A DNA stretch of 32,000 nucleotides from Acidothermus cellulolyticus 11B (lineage in GTDB: Bacteria > Actinomycetota > Actinomycetes > Acidothermales > Acidothermaceae), in assembly GCF_000015025.1 (NCBI RefSeq), contig NC_008578.1, forward strand, positions 330,001-362,000, read 5' to 3'. Shown here piece by piece: positions 1 to 10,133 of the stretch. The notes beneath the pieces are model-generated. The model saw only the letters and a list, made by a program, of their open reading frames with translations, was not told where the DNA came from and did not search any database. The position numbers were made by a program, and so were the translations under genes. The first letter of the stretch is position 1. The number at the start of each line of letters is the position of its first letter.

Positions 1-152
1 GCTCCCCGCACAAGGACAAGGACAGCCGCGAGCATTTCGAGATGCGCACCCACAAGCGGCTGATCGACATCATCGACCCCACTCCGCGGACGGTTGACTC
101 GCTCATGCGGCTGGACCTCCCCGCCGGTGTCGACATCGAGATCAAGCTGTAA
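1..152 (+). CDS. rpsJ: 30S ribosomal protein uS10, C-terminal fragment (5' end outside window)
   Basis: Reading from nt 3 gives [49 protein letters not shown], then TAA at 150-152. This is the conserved uS10 C-terminus, and it lies directly upstream of rplC. Confidence 0.9.
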   Translation, partial: SPHKDKDSREHFEMRTHKRLIDIIDPTPRTVDSLMRLDLPAGVDIEIKL

Positions 153-162
153 GGGACAGACG

Positions 163-831
163 ATGCCGAAACAGGTGAAAGGGCTGCTGGGCGAGAAGCT
201 CGGCATGACCCAGGTCTTCGACGAATCGGGCCGGGTCATCCCGGTGACCGTCGTCCGTGCCGGGCCGTGCGTCGTCACTCAGGTCCGCACCCCCGACCGG
301 GACGGGTACTCGGCGGTTCAGCTCGGCTACGGCGCTGTGGATCCCCGGCGGGTCAACAAGCCGTTGGCTGGGCACTTCCGGGCGGCTGGCGTGACACCCC
401 GGCGTTACCTCGCGGAGGTTCGCACCGGTGACGCCGCGGAGTACACGGTGGGCCAGGAAGTGACCGTCGAGATCTTCACTCCCGGCCAACGGGTTGATGT
501 CGCCGGCGTCAGTAAGGGCAAAGGCTTCGCGGGCCTGATGAAGCGGCACAACTTCCGCGGCCTGCCGGACTCGCACGGAACCGAGCGCAAGCACCGTTCG
601 CCCGGCTCGATCGGCGCGTGCGCCACTCCCGGCCGCGTCTTCAAGGGGCTCCGCATGGCCGGCCGGATGGGCGGGCGACGGGTGACCGTGCAGAACCTCG
701 CCGTCCAAGCGGTCAAACCTGAGGAGAACCTGCTCTTGCTGCAGGGAGCGGTGCCGGGACCGAACGGCGGGCTGGTGTACGTCCGTACCGCCGCCAAGGG
801 CAAGGCGAATCGGGACGGAGGTGCCGCATGA
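163..831 (+). CDS. rplC: 50S ribosomal protein uL3
   Basis: Within ORF 94..831, ATG 163 gives [21 protein letters not shown], the canonical uL3 N-terminus (222 aa). The stop overlaps the rplD start (ATGA at 828-831). Confidence 0.95.
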   Translation: MPKQVKGLLGEKLGMTQVFDESGRVIPVTVVRAGPCVVTQVRTPDRDGYSAVQLGYGAVDPRRVNKPLAGHFRAAGVTPRRYLAEVRTGDAAEYTVGQEVTVEIFTPGQRVDVAGVSKGKGFAGLMKRHNFRGLPDSHGTERKHRSPGSIGACATPGRVFKGLRMAGRMGGRRVTVQNLAVQAVKPEENLLLLQGAVPGPNGGLVYVRTAAKGKANRDGGAA

Positions 832-1490
832 CCACCGTGACCGTCGCCGGCACCGACCGGACCGTCGAACTACCGGCGGACGTGTTCGACGTCCAGGTCA
901 ACGTGCCGCTCATTCATCAAGTCGTCGTTGCGCAGCTCGCCGCCGCCCGCCAGGGCACCCACAAGACGCGGACCCGCGGCGAGGTCTCCGGCGGCGGGAA
1001 GAAGCCGTACCGGCAGAAGGGCACGGGCCGGGCCCGCCAAGGCTCCATCCGCGCGCCGCAGTTCACCGGCGGTGGTGTGGTGCACGGCCCCATGCCACGC
1101 CACTACGACCAGCGCACCCCGAAGAAGATGAAGGCGGCCGCCCTGCGCGGCGCCCTCACCGACCGGGCGCGCGCTGGACGAATTCACGTACTGCCGCGCA
1201 TCGTCGACGGGGAGGCGCCGTCCACTAAGCAAGCGCTCGAGGCGCTCCGGACGGCGCTGGGCACCGAGCGGCGTCGGGTCCTCGTCGTCCTGGATCGCGG
1301 AGACGAGACCGGCTGGAAGAGCCTGCGCAACATCCCGGACGTGCACCTGCTGGTGGCGGATCAGCTGAACGCGTACGACGTCCTGTCCAGTGACGACGTC
1401 GTCTTCACCGAGCAGGCACTGAGCGAGTTCCTCGGACGTGGGGGCGACCGGACGGCGGAAGGAGACGGCGATGAGCAGCGATCCGCGTGA
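828..1490 (+). CDS. rplD: 50S ribosomal protein uL4
   Basis: 220 aa with [22 protein letters not shown], typical of uL4. The 3' end overlaps rplW by 20 nt. Confidence 0.95.
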   Translation: MTTVTVAGTDRTVELPADVFDVQVNVPLIHQVVVAQLAAARQGTHKTRTRGEVSGGGKKPYRQKGTGRARQGSIRAPQFTGGGVVHGPMPRHYDQRTPKKMKAAALRGALTDRARAGRIHVLPRIVDGEAPSTKQALEALRTALGTERRRVLVVLDRGDETGWKSLRNIPDVHLLVADQLNAYDVLSSDDVVFTEQALSEFLGRGGDRTAEGDGDEQRSA

Positions 1491-1767
1491 CGTCCTGCTT
1501 GCTCCGGTGATTTCGGAGAAGAGTTACGGACTCCTCGACCAGAACAAGTACACGTTCCTGGTCCCACCGGAGTCGAACAAGACCCAGATAAAGATCGCGG
1601 TTGAGAAGGTGTTCAACGTTCGCGTGCTCGACGTCAACACCATCAACCGGCAGGGGAAGCGCAAGCGGACCCGCCGCGGCTGGGGCCAACGGAAGAACAC
1701 CAAGCGGGCGATCGTCACGGTCGCACCGGGTGACCGGATCGACATCTTCGGTCCGCCGGTGAGCTGA
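1471..1767 (+). CDS. rplW: 50S ribosomal protein uL23
   Basis: Within ORF 1438..1767, ATG 1471 is preceded by [19 protein letters not shown] and [10 protein letters not shown] match uL23 (98 aa). Confidence 0.93.
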   Translation: MSSDPRDVLLAPVISEKSYGLLDQNKYTFLVPPESNKTQIKIAVEKVFNVRVLDVNTINRQGKRKRTRRGWGQRKNTKRAIVTVAPGDRIDIFGPPVS

Positions 1768-1800
1768 CCCCGACCGAACGGACGAGCGAGGAAGCAGACC

Positions 1801-2637
1801 ATGGGCATTCGCAAGTACAAGCCGACGACCCCGGGACGGCGGGGCGCGAGCGTCGCCGACTTCGTGGAGATCACCCGAGAGCACCCGGAGAAGTCGCTGG
1901 TCCGGCCGCTGCACTCCAAGGGCGGCCGGAACGTCTACGGTCGGATCACCACGCGGCACCAGGGCGGCGGCCACAAGCGGGCCTACCGCCTGATCGATTT
2001 CAAACGGGCCGACAAGGACGGCGTCCCGGCGAAGGTGGCGCACATCGAGTACGACCCCAACCGCACCGCGCGGATTGCCCTGCTGCACTACGCGGACGGC
2101 GAGAAGCGCTACATCTTGGCGCCTGCCCGCCTCGCTCAAGGGGACGTCGTCGAATCGGGTCCCGGCGCTGACATCAAGCCCGGGAACAACCTCCCGCTCC
2201 GCAACATCCCGGTGGGAACCGTGGTGCACGCCATCGAACTTCGTCCAGGCGGTGGCGCGAAGATCGCTCGCTCGGCGGGAGCGAGCGTGCAGCTCGTCGC
2301 CAAGGAAGGGATGTATGCCCAGCTGCGGATGCCGTCCGGCGAGATCCGCAACGTGGACATCCGGTGCCGGGCCACGGTCGGCGAGGTCGGCAACGCCGAG
2401 CAGTCCAACATCAGCTGGGGCAAGGCCGGCCGGATGCGCTGGAAGGGGAAGCGGCCGAGCGTCCGCGGGGTGGCGATGAACCCGATCGACCACCCGCTGG
2501 GTGGAGGCGAAGGGAAGTCTTCGGGCGGCCGCCATCCGGTAAGCCCGTGGGGCAAACCGGAGGGCCGCACTCGTCGCAAGCACAAGCCGAGCGACAAGCT
2601 GATCGTCCGCCGTCGCAAGTCGAACAAGAAGCGCTAG
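1801..2637 (+). CDS. rplB: 50S ribosomal protein uL2
   Basis: 278 aa with [21 protein letters not shown] and [14 protein letters not shown], both uL2 hallmarks. Confidence 0.97.
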   Translation: MGIRKYKPTTPGRRGASVADFVEITREHPEKSLVRPLHSKGGRNVYGRITTRHQGGGHKRAYRLIDFKRADKDGVPAKVAHIEYDPNRTARIALLHYADGEKRYILAPARLAQGDVVESGPGADIKPGNNLPLRNIPVGTVVHAIELRPGGGAKIARSAGASVQLVAKEGMYAQLRMPSGEIRNVDIRCRATVGEVGNAEQSNISWGKAGRMRWKGKRPSVRGVAMNPIDHPLGGGEGKSSGGRHPVSPWGKPEGRTRRKHKPSDKLIVRRRKSNKKR

Positions 2638-2649
2638 GAGTTGCTCGCG

Positions 2650-2931
2650 ATGCCGCGCAGCCTGAAGAAAGGGCCGTTCGTCGACGACCACCTGCTGAAG
2701 AAGGTGGAGGCGCAGAACGCCCGGGGCACCAAGAACGTGATCAAAACGTGGTCACGTCGCTCGATGATTGTGCCGGAGATGATCGGGCACACGATCGCCG
2801 TCCATGACGGCCGCAAGCACGTGCCGGTCTTTATCACCGAAGCGATGATCGGACACAAGCTCGGCGAGTTTGCGCCGACTCGCACGTTCCGCGGCCATGT
2901 CAAGGAAGATCGGAGGTCGCGTCGTGGCTAG
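2650..2931 (+). CDS. rpsS: 30S ribosomal protein uS19
   Basis: ATG 2650 (the ORF track begins at an upstream TTG, 2641) gives [18 protein letters not shown]...[15 protein letters not shown] (93 aa). Confidence 0.95.
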   Translation: MPRSLKKGPFVDDHLLKKVEAQNARGTKNVIKTWSRRSMIVPEMIGHTIAVHDGRKHVPVFITEAMIGHKLGEFAPTRTFRGHVKEDRRSRRG

Positions 2932-2935
2932 TCCG

Positions 2936-3769
2936 ATGGGATCGACCGCCTCGCTCACCGGCCCGGTCGTCCGGGCGAGGGCACGGCTGCGGTATTCGAC
3001 GATCACTCCGATGAAGGCCCGCCGGGTCGTGGACCTGGTCCGCGGTCTGCCGGCCGATGAGGCCCTCACCACCTTGCAGTTCCTGCCGCAGGCCGCCAGC
3101 GCGACCGTCTACAAGGTGCTCGCCAGCGCCATCGCCAACGCGCAGCAAGAGGCCGCCAAGCAGGGGGAGCGGCTGGACGCCGAGGATCTCGTCGTCTCGG
3201 CCGCGTACGTCGACGAGGGTCCGACGCTCAAACGGTTCCGGCCGCGGGCCCAGGGTCGGGCGTACCGGATCCGCAAGCGCACCAGCCACATCACCATCCA
3301 TGTCGAGTCGTGGCCGGCGGAAGCGGAGACCCGCGCGACGAAGAAGGCCGTGCCGAAGGGGGCCCGCCACCGCCGGCGGCTGACCGGGGCCGGCAAGCCA
3401 GCGGCGTCCGCGGCGACGGAGACCCCGGCCGCCCAGCCGGTGGCGGCGACCACCGAGACCGTGGAGGTCGAGGCAGCTGCGACGGCGGGCGCTCCGCCCA
3501 CGGTTGAGACCCCGGTTGCGGTGGCGTCCGCGGCGACGGAGACCCCGGCCGCGACGGCGGCCGAGACCAAGGCTGGCGGAGCGGCTGAGGCGGAGGTCGC
3601 CACAACGGACGAGCAGACGACCGAGACCGCTCCGGCAGCGGAGGCGGAGAAGCCGGCCGTCCGGCGTCCGGCGGCTCGGAAGAGCACGACGTCCGCGCGC
3701 CGCCGCGCAGCGGAGACCGAGGGGCACGATTCGGACGCAGAGTCCACGGATGAAGGAGGGACCCGCTAG
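2936..3769 (+). CDS. rplV: 50S ribosomal protein uL22 with a C-terminal low-complexity tail of about 150 aa
   Basis: ORF 2870..3769 overlaps rpsS; the first in-frame ATG after the rpsS stop is 2936. The core [22 protein letters not shown]...[27 protein letters not shown] is uL22. An Ala/Thr/Glu/Pro-rich tail follows. Confidence 0.9.
   Translation: MGSTASLTGPVVRARARLRYSTITPMKARRVVDLVRGLPADEALTTLQFLPQAASATVYKVLASAIANAQQEAAKQGERLDAEDLVVSAAYVDEGPTLKRFRPRAQGRAYRIRKRTSHITIHVESWPAEAETRATKKAVPKGARHRRRLTGAGKPAASAATETPAAQPVAATTETVEVEAAATAGAPPTVETPVAVASAATETPAATAAETKAGGAAEAEVATTDEQTTETAPAAEAEKPAVRRPAARKSTTSARRRAAETEGHDSDAESTDEGGTR
3403..3552 (+). repeat. perfect 30-nt direct repeat, exactly 120 nt apart, inside the rplV tail-coding region
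   Basis: ggcgtccgcggcgacggagaccccggccgc occurs at 3403-3432 and 3523-3552. Both copies encode [10 protein letters not shown]. Confidence 0.9.
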
Positions 3770-4794
3770 TGGGCCAGAAAGTCAACCCGCACGGGTTCCG
3801 GCTGGGCATTACCACCGAGTTCTCCAGCCGTTGGTACGCCGACCGGATGTACCGCGACTACGTCAAGGAAGACGTCGCGATCCGGCGGATGATGACCCGA
3901 GGGATGGAGCGGGCCGGCATCTCCCGAGTGGAGATCGAACGCACCCGGGACCGGGTCCGGGTCGACATCCACACGGCGCGGCCAGGGATTGTCATCGGAC
4001 GTCGCGGTGCCGAAGCTGACCGGATCCGCGCCGACCTGGAGAAGCTCACGAACAAGCAAGTGCAGCTCAACATCCTCGAAGTCAAGAACCCCGAGATCGA
4101 CGCCCAGCTCGTCGCCCAGGGTGTGGCCGAGCAGTTGAGTCAGCGGGTTTCGTTCCGCCGGGCGATGCGCAAAGCGCTGCAGAGCGCGCTCAAGGCGGGC
4201 GCCAAGGGCGTTCGCGTGCAGGTCGCCGGACGGCTCGGCGGAGCTGAGATGAGCCGCACCGAGTTCTACCGTGAGGGCCGGGTTCCGCTGCACACGCTCC
4301 GTGCCGATATCGACTACGGCTTCTACGAAGCGCGGACGACGTTCGGCCGCATCGGCGTCAAGGTTTGGATATACAAGGGCGACGTCGTCGCCGGACGCGA
4401 CCACGAAGCCGCGCGGGTCGCCGCCCGCGTGCAGCAGCGTGCGGTCCGCGGCCGGTCGGCCCGCCGCGAACAGCCGGCGGCCGAGTCACCCGCGCTGGAG
4501 ACTGCTGCGCCGGCCGTGGCCGAACCTGGAGCGGCTGCTGCGCCGGCGGCCGCCGGCGCCGACGTGCCGGTGGTCGCCGACACAGCTCCTGCCGGGCAGG
4601 GGGCTGCCGAGCGGCCGGTGGCCGAGCAGCCGGTCGTGACTGCCGAGCCGGCCGCCGCCGCGGCGGTCACCGGAGAAACCGGGACAGGCGGGTCGAACGC
4701 TGCACCGGCTGAACCGACAACGTCGGCAGCGGCCGAGGAGGCCCCTGGCGGAGCCGACGCGCCATCCGACGCGACCGAGACGAAGGAGGGGTGA
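3769..4794 (+). CDS. rpsC: 30S ribosomal protein uS3 with an extended C-terminal tail
   Basis: GTG 3769 overlaps the rplV TAG by 1 nt. [14 protein letters not shown]...[31 protein letters not shown] is uS3. About 130 extra C-terminal residues are Ala/Pro/Glu-rich. Confidence 0.93.
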   Translation: MGQKVNPHGFRLGITTEFSSRWYADRMYRDYVKEDVAIRRMMTRGMERAGISRVEIERTRDRVRVDIHTARPGIVIGRRGAEADRIRADLEKLTNKQVQLNILEVKNPEIDAQLVAQGVAEQLSQRVSFRRAMRKALQSALKAGAKGVRVQVAGRLGGAEMSRTEFYREGRVPLHTLRADIDYGFYEARTTFGRIGVKVWIYKGDVVAGRDHEAARVAARVQQRAVRGRSARREQPAAESPALETAAPAVAEPGAAAAPAAAGADVPVVADTAPAGQGAAERPVAEQPVVTAEPAAAAAVTGETGTGGSNAAPAEPTTSAAAEEAPGGADAPSDATETKEG

Positions 4795-4797
4795 GCC

Positions 4798-5217
4798 ATG
4801 CTCATTCCGCGTAAGGTCAAGCACCGCAAGCAACATCACCCGAAGCGCAGCGGGGTTGCCAAGGGCGGCACCCGGGTGGTGTTCGGCGAGTACGGCATCC
4901 AGGCGTTGGAGCCGGCGTACGTGACGAACCGCCAAATCGAGTCCGCCCGTATCGCCATGACCCGGCATATCCGCCGTGGCGGCAAGGTCTGGATCACGAT
5001 CTTTCCGGACCGGCCGTTGACTAAGAAGCCTGCTGAGACGCGGATGGGCTCTGGCAAGGGCTCACCCGAATGGTGGGTCGCCAACGTCAAGCCGGGCCGG
5101 GTGATGTTCGAGCTTGCCGGCGTCCCGGAACCGGTAGCCCGGGAAGCACTGCGCCGAGCGATGCACAAGCTTCCGATGAAATGCCGGTTCGTACGTCGCG
5201 AGGTGGAGGTGTCGTGA
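4798..5217 (+). CDS. rplP: 50S ribosomal protein uL16
   Basis: [19 protein letters not shown]...[27 protein letters not shown] (139 aa). Confidence 0.96.
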   Translation: MLIPRKVKHRKQHHPKRSGVAKGGTRVVFGEYGIQALEPAYVTNRQIESARIAMTRHIRRGGKVWITIFPDRPLTKKPAETRMGSGKGSPEWWVANVKPGRVMFELAGVPEPVAREALRRAMHKLPMKCRFVRREVEVS

Positions 5218-5447
5218 CGAACAAAGCCGACGAGCTGCGGACCCTCGAACCGGACGAGCTCGCGAACCGGTTGCGGGAGGCGAAGGCCGAGCTGTTCAAC
5301 CTCCGGTTCCAGTTCGCCTCCGGGCAGCTGGAGAATCACGGCCGGTTGCGCGCCGTGCGCAAGGAGATCGCGCGGATTTACACCGTGATGCGCGAGATGG
5401 AACTCGGGATCATCGTGAAGGAGCAGAAGACCGAGGGCGCCGCATGA
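5214..5447 (+). CDS. rpmC: 50S ribosomal protein uL29
   Basis: GTG 5214 overlaps the rplP stop (GTGA). [35 protein letters not shown] matches uL29 (77 aa). The ORF-track start at 5070 lies inside rplP. Confidence 0.9.
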   Translation: MTNKADELRTLEPDELANRLREAKAELFNLRFQFASGQLENHGRLRAVRKEIARIYTVMREMELGIIVKEQKTEGAA

Positions 5448-5734
5448 GCGAACAGATCGAGCAGTCGACTGCAACCAAGCCGCGGCGGGGAATCCGCAAG
5501 GTCCGCGAGGGTGTCGTCGTCAGCGACAAGATGGACAAGACGATCGTCGTTGCCGTTGAGGACCGGGTGAAGCACCCGCTCTACGGCAAGGTCATGCGCC
5601 GAACGAGCAAGTTGAAGGCGCACGACGAACAGAACACCGCCAAAGTCGGCGACCGGGTGCTCCTCATGGAGACTCGGCCGCTTTCGGCAACGAAACGGTG
5701 GCGGCTGGTCCGGATCGTGGAGAGGGCCAAGTAG
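5444..5734 (+). CDS. rpsQ: 30S ribosomal protein uS17
   Basis: ATGA overlap with rpm[33 protein letters not shown] (96 aa). Confidence 0.95.
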   Translation: MSEQIEQSTATKPRRGIRKVREGVVVSDKMDKTIVVAVEDRVKHPLYGKVMRRTSKLKAHDEQNTAKVGDRVLLMETRPLSATKRWRLVRIVERAK

Positions 5735-5764
5735 TACCGGCGCACGCCCTTACCGGCGCACGCC
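5735..5764. repeat. 14-nt direct repeat in the rpsQ-rplN (S10/spc boundary) spacer
   Basis: taccggcgcacgcc occurs at 5735-5748 and 5751-5764. The second copy extends into the small palindrome ccggcgcacgccgg (5753-5766). Confidence 0.8.
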
Positions 5765-5798
5765 GGCAGGACAGGCAACAGACACGGGAGAGAGGGCA

Positions 5799-6167
5799 GT
5801 GATTCAGCAGGAGTCGCGACTGAAGGTCGCGGATAACACCGGAGCCCGCGAGATCCTTTGCATCCGCGTGCTCGGCGGCTCGGGTCGCCGGTACGCCGGC
5901 ATCGGCGACGTCATCATTGCCACGGTCAAGGACGCTCTCCCCGGCGCCGGCGTGAAGAAGGGCGACGTCGTGAAGGCGGTCGTCGTCCGCACAGCCAAGG
6001 AACGCCGTCGTCCGGACGGTTCGTACATCAAGTTCGATGAGAACGCCGCCGTGCTGATCAAAGACGGCGGCGACCCGCGCGGCACCCGCATCTTCGGCCC
6101 GGTCGGCCGCGAGCTCCGGGAGAAGAAGTTCATGCGCATCATCTCGCTCGCACCGGAGGTGCTGTGA
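5799..6167 (+). CDS. rplN: 50S ribosomal protein uL14
   Basis: GTG 5799 follows [38 protein letters not shown] (122 aa). Confidence 0.96.
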   Translation: MIQQESRLKVADNTGAREILCIRVLGGSGRRYAGIGDVIIATVKDALPGAGVKKGDVVKAVVVRTAKERRRPDGSYIKFDENAAVLIKDGGDPRGTRIFGPVGRELREKKFMRIISLAPEVL

Positions 6168-6511
6168 TGGCCGGATTGAAGGTACGCAAGGGCGATACCG
6201 TTCAGGTCATTGCCGGCAAGGACCGCGGCACCAAGGGCAAGGTGATTGCCGCGTTTCCGCGCGAGCAGAAGCTGCTGGTCGAAGGGGTCAACCGGGTGCG
6301 CCGGCACACCAAGGTGACCGCAACGACCCGCGGCTCCAAGACGGGCGGAATCATCACCAAGGAAGCGCCGATCCACGTGAGCAACGTCATGGTCGTCTGC
6401 CCGGAGTGCGAGAAGCCGACCCGTCTGGGCCGGCGGCAGGACGTCGTCGACGCAAGCACGGGCAAGACGCGGCCGGTTCGGATCTGCAAACGATGCGGCA
6501 AGGAGATATAG
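6164..6511 (+). CDS. rplX: 50S ribosomal protein uL24, Cys4-containing form
   Basis: KOW motif [19 protein letters not shown] plus EAPIHVSNV. The start is GTG 6164 or ATG 6167, overlapping the rplN stop. The C-terminal part carries CPEC...CKRC. Confidence 0.94.
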   Translation: MMAGLKVRKGDTVQVIAGKDRGTKGKVIAAFPREQKLLVEGVNRVRRHTKVTATTRGSKTGGIITKEAPIHVSNVMVVCPECEKPTRLGRRQDVVDASTGKTRPVRICKRCGKEI

Positions 6512-6518
6512 GACGCCG

Positions 6519-7109
6519 ATGACGACCACACACCCTGCTCTGACGGCTGGGCGGCCGGCGGGTTACGTGCCGCGGCTCAAGCAGTACTACCGCGAGCACG
6601 TCGTACCCGCGCTGCGTGAACAGTTCGGGTACCGCAACGTCATGCAAGTCCCGACCTTGGTGAAGGTCGTGGTGAACATGGGCGTTGGCGAGGCAGCCCG
6701 TGACGCCAAGCTGATCGAAGGCGCGGTCCGCGACATAGCCGCGATCACCGGCCAGCGGCCGGCGATCGCCCGGGCCCGCAAGTCGATCGCGCAGTTCAAG
6801 CTGCGTGCCGGGATGGCCATCGGTGCCTACGCGACGGTTCGCGGCGACCGCATGTGGGAGTTCCTGGACCGGATGCTCACCCTCGCCCTGCCCCGGATCC
6901 GCGACTTCCGGGGACTGTCACCGAAGCAGTTCGACGGCCACGGCAACTACACCTTCGGACTCACCGAACAGGTGATGTTCCACGAGGTGGATCAGGACAA
7001 GCTCGACCGGTTCCGCGGCATGGACATCACCGTCGTGACGACGGCGCGCACCGATGACGAGGGCCGCGCCCTCCTCCGGCACCTCGGCTTTCCGTTCCGG
7101 GAGAACTGA
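6519..7109 (+). CDS. rplE: 50S ribosomal protein uL5
   Basis: 196 aa with [20 protein letters not shown] and [12 protein letters not shown]. Confidence 0.95.
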   Translation: MTTTHPALTAGRPAGYVPRLKQYYREHVVPALREQFGYRNVMQVPTLVKVVVNMGVGEAARDAKLIEGAVRDIAAITGQRPAIARARKSIAQFKLRAGMAIGAYATVRGDRMWEFLDRMLTLALPRIRDFRGLSPKQFDGHGNYTFGLTEQVMFHEVDQDKLDRFRGMDITVVTTARTDDEGRALLRHLGFPFREN

Positions 7110-7111
7110 CC

Positions 7112-7297
7112 ATGGCGAAGAAAGCACTGATCGTAAAGGCGCAGCGGAAGCCGAAGTTCGCGGTCCGCGCCTACACCCGGTGCAACCGGTGCGGGCGGCC
7201 GCATTCGGTGTACCGCAAGTTCGGGCTGTGCCGGCTGTGCTTGCGGGAGATGGCTCACCGCGGCGAACTGCCGGGCGTGACCAAGAGCAGCTGGTGA
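7112..7297 (+). CDS. rpsN: 30S ribosomal protein uS14, short type-Z zinc form
   Basis: 61 aa: [61 protein letters not shown], with CxxC...CxxC. Confidence 0.95.
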   Translation: MAKKALIVKAQRKPKFAVRAYTRCNRCGRPHSVYRKFGLCRLCLREMAHRGELPGVTKSSW

Positions 7298-7369
7298 CGA
7301 TGAGCGCGGCAACAGGGACGCCGCAGGTCCGGTGGACGGAAACCGCGGCGGGAAGGGCGAAATAGCGCG

Positions 7370-7774
7370 ATGATGACCGATCCGATCGCGGACATGCTGA
7401 CGCGGGTCCGCAACGCCAATTCGGCGTACCACGACACCGTCGTGATCCCCTACTCAAAGATCAAGGCGAATATCGCGGAGATTCTCCAGCGCGAGGGGTA
7501 CATCGCCGGTTACCGGGTTGACCCGGTGCCTGGGCACGCGACGGCGAAGAACCTCGTGATCACGCTCAAATATGGGCCGAACCGCGAGCGGTCAATTTCC
7601 GGCGTGCGCCGGGTCAGCAAGCCGGGGTTGCGGGTGTACGCCAAGGCCGAGAACCTGCCTCGAGTGCTCGGCGGGCTCGGTATCGCGATCATCTCGACGT
7701 CTGCCGGTCTCCTCACCGACCGCCAATGCGCGAAGCGGCGCATCGGCGGCGAGGTGCTGGCGTACGTGTGGTAG
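7370..7774 (+). CDS. rpsH: 30S ribosomal protein uS8
   Basis: [22 protein letters not shown]... (134 aa). The start could also be the second ATG at 7373. Confidence 0.95.
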
Positions 7775-7785
7775 AGGGAGACGAG

Positions 7786-8325
7786 ATGTCACGTATCGGG
7801 CGACTTCCCATTCCGGTGCCGGCTGGGGTTGACGTCACGATTGACGGCCGGACGGTCACCGTCAAGGGGCCTCGCGGCACCCTGACGCACACGATCGCCG
7901 AGCCCATCACGGTCGAGAAGGCCGAGGACGGGACCCTGCACGTGCGTCGTCCGGACGACGAGAACCGCACCCGCGGTCTCCACGGGCTGACGCGCACCCT
8001 CATCGCGAACATGATCACCGGTGTGACGCAGGGTTTCGCGAAGACGCTGGAGATCGTCGGAACCGGTTACCGCGTGCAGGCTCGCGGCTCCGATCTGGAG
8101 TTCGCCCTCGGCTTCAGCCATCCCGTGGTGGTCCGGCCGCCGGAGGGCATCTCGTTCGAGGTGCAAACGCCCACCCGGTTCGTCGTGCACGGGATCGACA
8201 AGCAGAAGGTCGGCGAGGTGGCGGCCAACATCCGCAAGCTTCGCAAGCCGGAGCCGTACAAGGGCAAGGGTGTGCGCTACCAGGGCGAGAACGTGCGCCG
8301 CAAGGTCGGAAAGGCTGGAAAGTAA
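7786..8325 (+). CDS. rplF: 50S ribosomal protein uL6
   Basis: Within ORF 7726..8325, ATG 7786 follows [43 protein letters not shown] (179 aa). Confidence 0.94.
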   Translation: MSRIGRLPIPVPAGVDVTIDGRTVTVKGPRGTLTHTIAEPITVEKAEDGTLHVRRPDDENRTRGLHGLTRTLIANMITGVTQGFAKTLEIVGTGYRVQARGSDLEFALGFSHPVVVRPPEGISFEVQTPTRFVVHGIDKQKVGEVAANIRKLRKPEPYKGKGVRYQGENVRRKVGKAGK

Positions 8326-8326
8326 C

Positions 8327-8713
8327 ATGCCACAGTTGCTCAGTCGTCGGGTCGGCCGTGGCTCGACCCGGACCGCGGCACGGATGCGCCGCCACTTCCG
8401 GGTGCGCAAGAAGATCAGCGGGACGCCGGAGCGGCCGCGGCTCGTCGTCCATCGGTCGGCGCGGCATGTCTTCGTGCAGATCGTCGACGACACCCGTGGC
8501 CACACCCTTGCGAGTGCGTCGTCCTTCGAGCCGGAGATGCGCAGTTTCGCCGGCGACAAGACGGCCAAGGCGCGGCGCGTCGGCCAGTTGATCGCCGAGC
8601 GGGCGAAAGCGGCGGGAATCACCACGGTGGTCTTCGACCGGGCCGGCTACCGCTACCACGGGCGGGTCGCGGCGATTGCCGATGGCGCTCGGGAAGGCGG
8701 GCTGGTGTTGTGA
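8327..8713 (+). CDS. rplR: 50S ribosomal protein uL18
   Basis: Within ORF 8270..8713, ATG 8327 lies 1 nt after the rpl[39 protein letters not shown] (128 aa). Confidence 0.93.
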   Translation: MPQLLSRRVGRGSTRTAARMRRHFRVRKKISGTPERPRLVVHRSARHVFVQIVDDTRGHTLASASSFEPEMRSFAGDKTAKARRVGQLIAERAKAAGITTVVFDRAGYRYHGRVAAIADGAREGGLVL

Positions 8714-8762
8714 TCGACGCGTGTGAGCAGCGAGGAGAACGACCGAGGATGGGACGGAGCTG

Positions 8763-9362
8763 ATGGCGACGGCAGGACGTCGAGGCGGTGCGGCGAGTGA
8801 GCGACGCGAGCGTCGCGAGAGTCGCCGGCAAGAGGCCAGCCCCGAGAAGAGCAACTTTCTCGAGCGGGTCGTGACGATCAATAGGGTCGCCAAGGTCGTC
8901 AAGGGTGGACGGCGGTTCAGCTTCACGGCGCTCGTGGTCGTCGGAGACGGCAACGGCATGGTCGGTGTCGGGTACGGCAAGGCCCGCGAAGTGCCCGCCG
9001 CGATCGCGAAAGGCGTCGAGGAGGCGAAGAAGCACTTCTTCACCGTTCCCCGGGTGCAAGGCACCATCCCGCATCCGGTGATCGGAGAAGCTGCCGCCGG
9101 GGTCGTCCTGCTGCGTCCGGCCAGCCCGGGAACCGGTGTGATCGCCGGTGGCCCGGTGCGCGCGGTGCTGGAGTGTGCAGGGGTGCGTGATGTGCTCTCC
9201 AAGTCGCTCGGCTCCGACAACGCGGTGAACATCGTGCATGCGACGGTCAAGGCGCTGCGGGCGCTGGTCCCTCCCGAGAAGGTCGCGGTGCGACGGGGAC
9301 TCCCGCTGGAAGAGGTGGCCCCACCCGCACTCTTGCGGGCCAAGGCCGAGGCGGGGGTGTGA
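8763..9362 (+). CDS. rpsE: 30S ribosomal protein uS5
   Basis: [47 protein letters not shown]. There is an Arg/Glu-rich N-terminal extension of about 30 aa (199 aa total). Confidence 0.94.
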   Translation: MATAGRRGGAASERRERRESRRQEASPEKSNFLERVVTINRVAKVVKGGRRFSFTALVVVGDGNGMVGVGYGKAREVPAAIAKGVEEAKKHFFTVPRVQGTIPHPVIGEAAAGVVLLRPASPGTGVIAGGPVRAVLECAGVRDVLSKSLGSDNAVNIVHATVKALRALVPPEKVAVRRGLPLEEVAPPALLRAKAEAGV

Positions 9363-9363
9363 G

Positions 9364-9546
9364 ATGCCGCGGCTCAAGGTCACCCAGGTTCGCTCCGGGA
9401 TCGGCGGCACGGCCGAGCAGCGTGACACCCTGCGCAGCCTTGGTCTCAAGCGGTTGCGGGACACGGTCGTGAAGGAAGATCGCCCGGAGATCCGGGGCAT
9501 GATCCGCGCGGTGGCGCACCTGGTTCGCGTCGAGGAGGTTGAGTGA
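9364..9546 (+). CDS. rpmD: 50S ribosomal protein uL30
   Basis: Within ORF 9238..9546, ATG 9364 lies 1 nt after the rps[34 protein letters not shown] (60 aa). Confidence 0.93.
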   Translation: MPRLKVTQVRSGIGGTAEQRDTLRSLGLKRLRDTVVKEDRPEIRGMIRAVAHLVRVEEVE

Positions 9547-10040
9547 TGGCCCGGACGTCGGTACGGCCGGTCGAGGAGGAATCGTCCTCCGCGCCGGCCA
9601 GCCTGCTCAAGCCCCATCACCTGCGCCCGGCTCCCGGTGCGCATACCCCCAAGACCCGGGTGGGCCGGGGTGAGGGCTCCAAGGGGAAGACCGCCGGCCG
9701 GGGAACCAAGGGAACGAAGGCCCGGCACACGGTACCGGCCCGGTTCGAGGGCGGGCAGATGCCGCTGCACATGCGGGTGCCGAAGCTCAAGGGGTTCCGG
9801 AACCGGTTCCGCACCGAGTTCCAAGTGGTCAACGTGGGACGGCTCGCGGAGCTCTACCCGGACGGGGGCGAGGTGACCCCCGCCGACCTGGTACGACGCG
9901 GCGCGGTGCGGTCCGGGCAACCGGTGAAGATTCTCGGCGACGGCGACGTGACCGTGGCGTTGCACGTGACGGCGGATGCGTTCTCGTTGTCGGCAAAGGC
10001 GAAGATCGAAGGGGCAGGCGGTTCGATCCGTCGGTCCTGA
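9543..10040 (+). CDS. rplO: 50S ribosomal protein uL15
   Basis: [31 protein letters not shown]. The start is GTG 9543 or ATG 9546, overlapping the rpmD stop. There is an N-terminal extension of about 20 aa. Confidence 0.92.
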   Translation: MMARTSVRPVEEESSSAPASLLKPHHLRPAPGAHTPKTRVGRGEGSKGKTAGRGTKGTKARHTVPARFEGGQMPLHMRVPKLKGFRNRFRTEFQVVNVGRLAELYPDGGEVTPADLVRRGAVRSGQPVKILGDGDVTVALHVTADAFSLSAKAKIEGAGGSIRRS

Positions 10041-10065
10041 CCGACCAGCCGGGCGATGCTAGAGT
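10037..10065 (+). promoter_or_regulatory. possible internal promoter ahead of secY-adk-map
   Basis: CTGACC (10037-10042, overlapping the rplO stop), a 17-nt spacer, and TAGAGT (10060-10065) in the 93-nt rplO-secY gap. Confidence 0.25.
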
Positions 10066-10133
10066 CACCGCAGCAGCGGACCGGTGTGGCGCAGGCAGGC
10101 GCGGAGCGTTCGGCCAGGGCGTGAGGAGTCGAC

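Noticed and set aside
1405-2691. 428-aa minus-strand ORF antisense to rplD/rplW/rplB
   Set aside because: It lies opposite unambiguous r-protein genes. The product is Arg/Pro/Ala/Gly-rich with no recognisable motifs, the typical stop-poor antisense frame of a high-GC genome.
2870-2935. ORF-track start of rplV at 2870, and similar upstream extensions for rplC (94), rplW (1438), rpmC (5070), rplF (7726), rplR (8270), rpmD (9238), map (12049), infA (13014), rplM (21401) and glmS (23882)
   Set aside because: These extensions overlap the preceding conserved gene or lack an SD. The downstream starts reproduce the canonical family N-termini and have SD sequences or stop/start coupling.
8114-9965. 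Minus-strand ORFs of 409 aa and 448 aa (8114..9343, 8619..9965) antisense to rplF-rplO
   Set aside because: Same reasoning: they are antisense to conserved r-protein genes and have a low-complexity Arg/Pro-rich translation.
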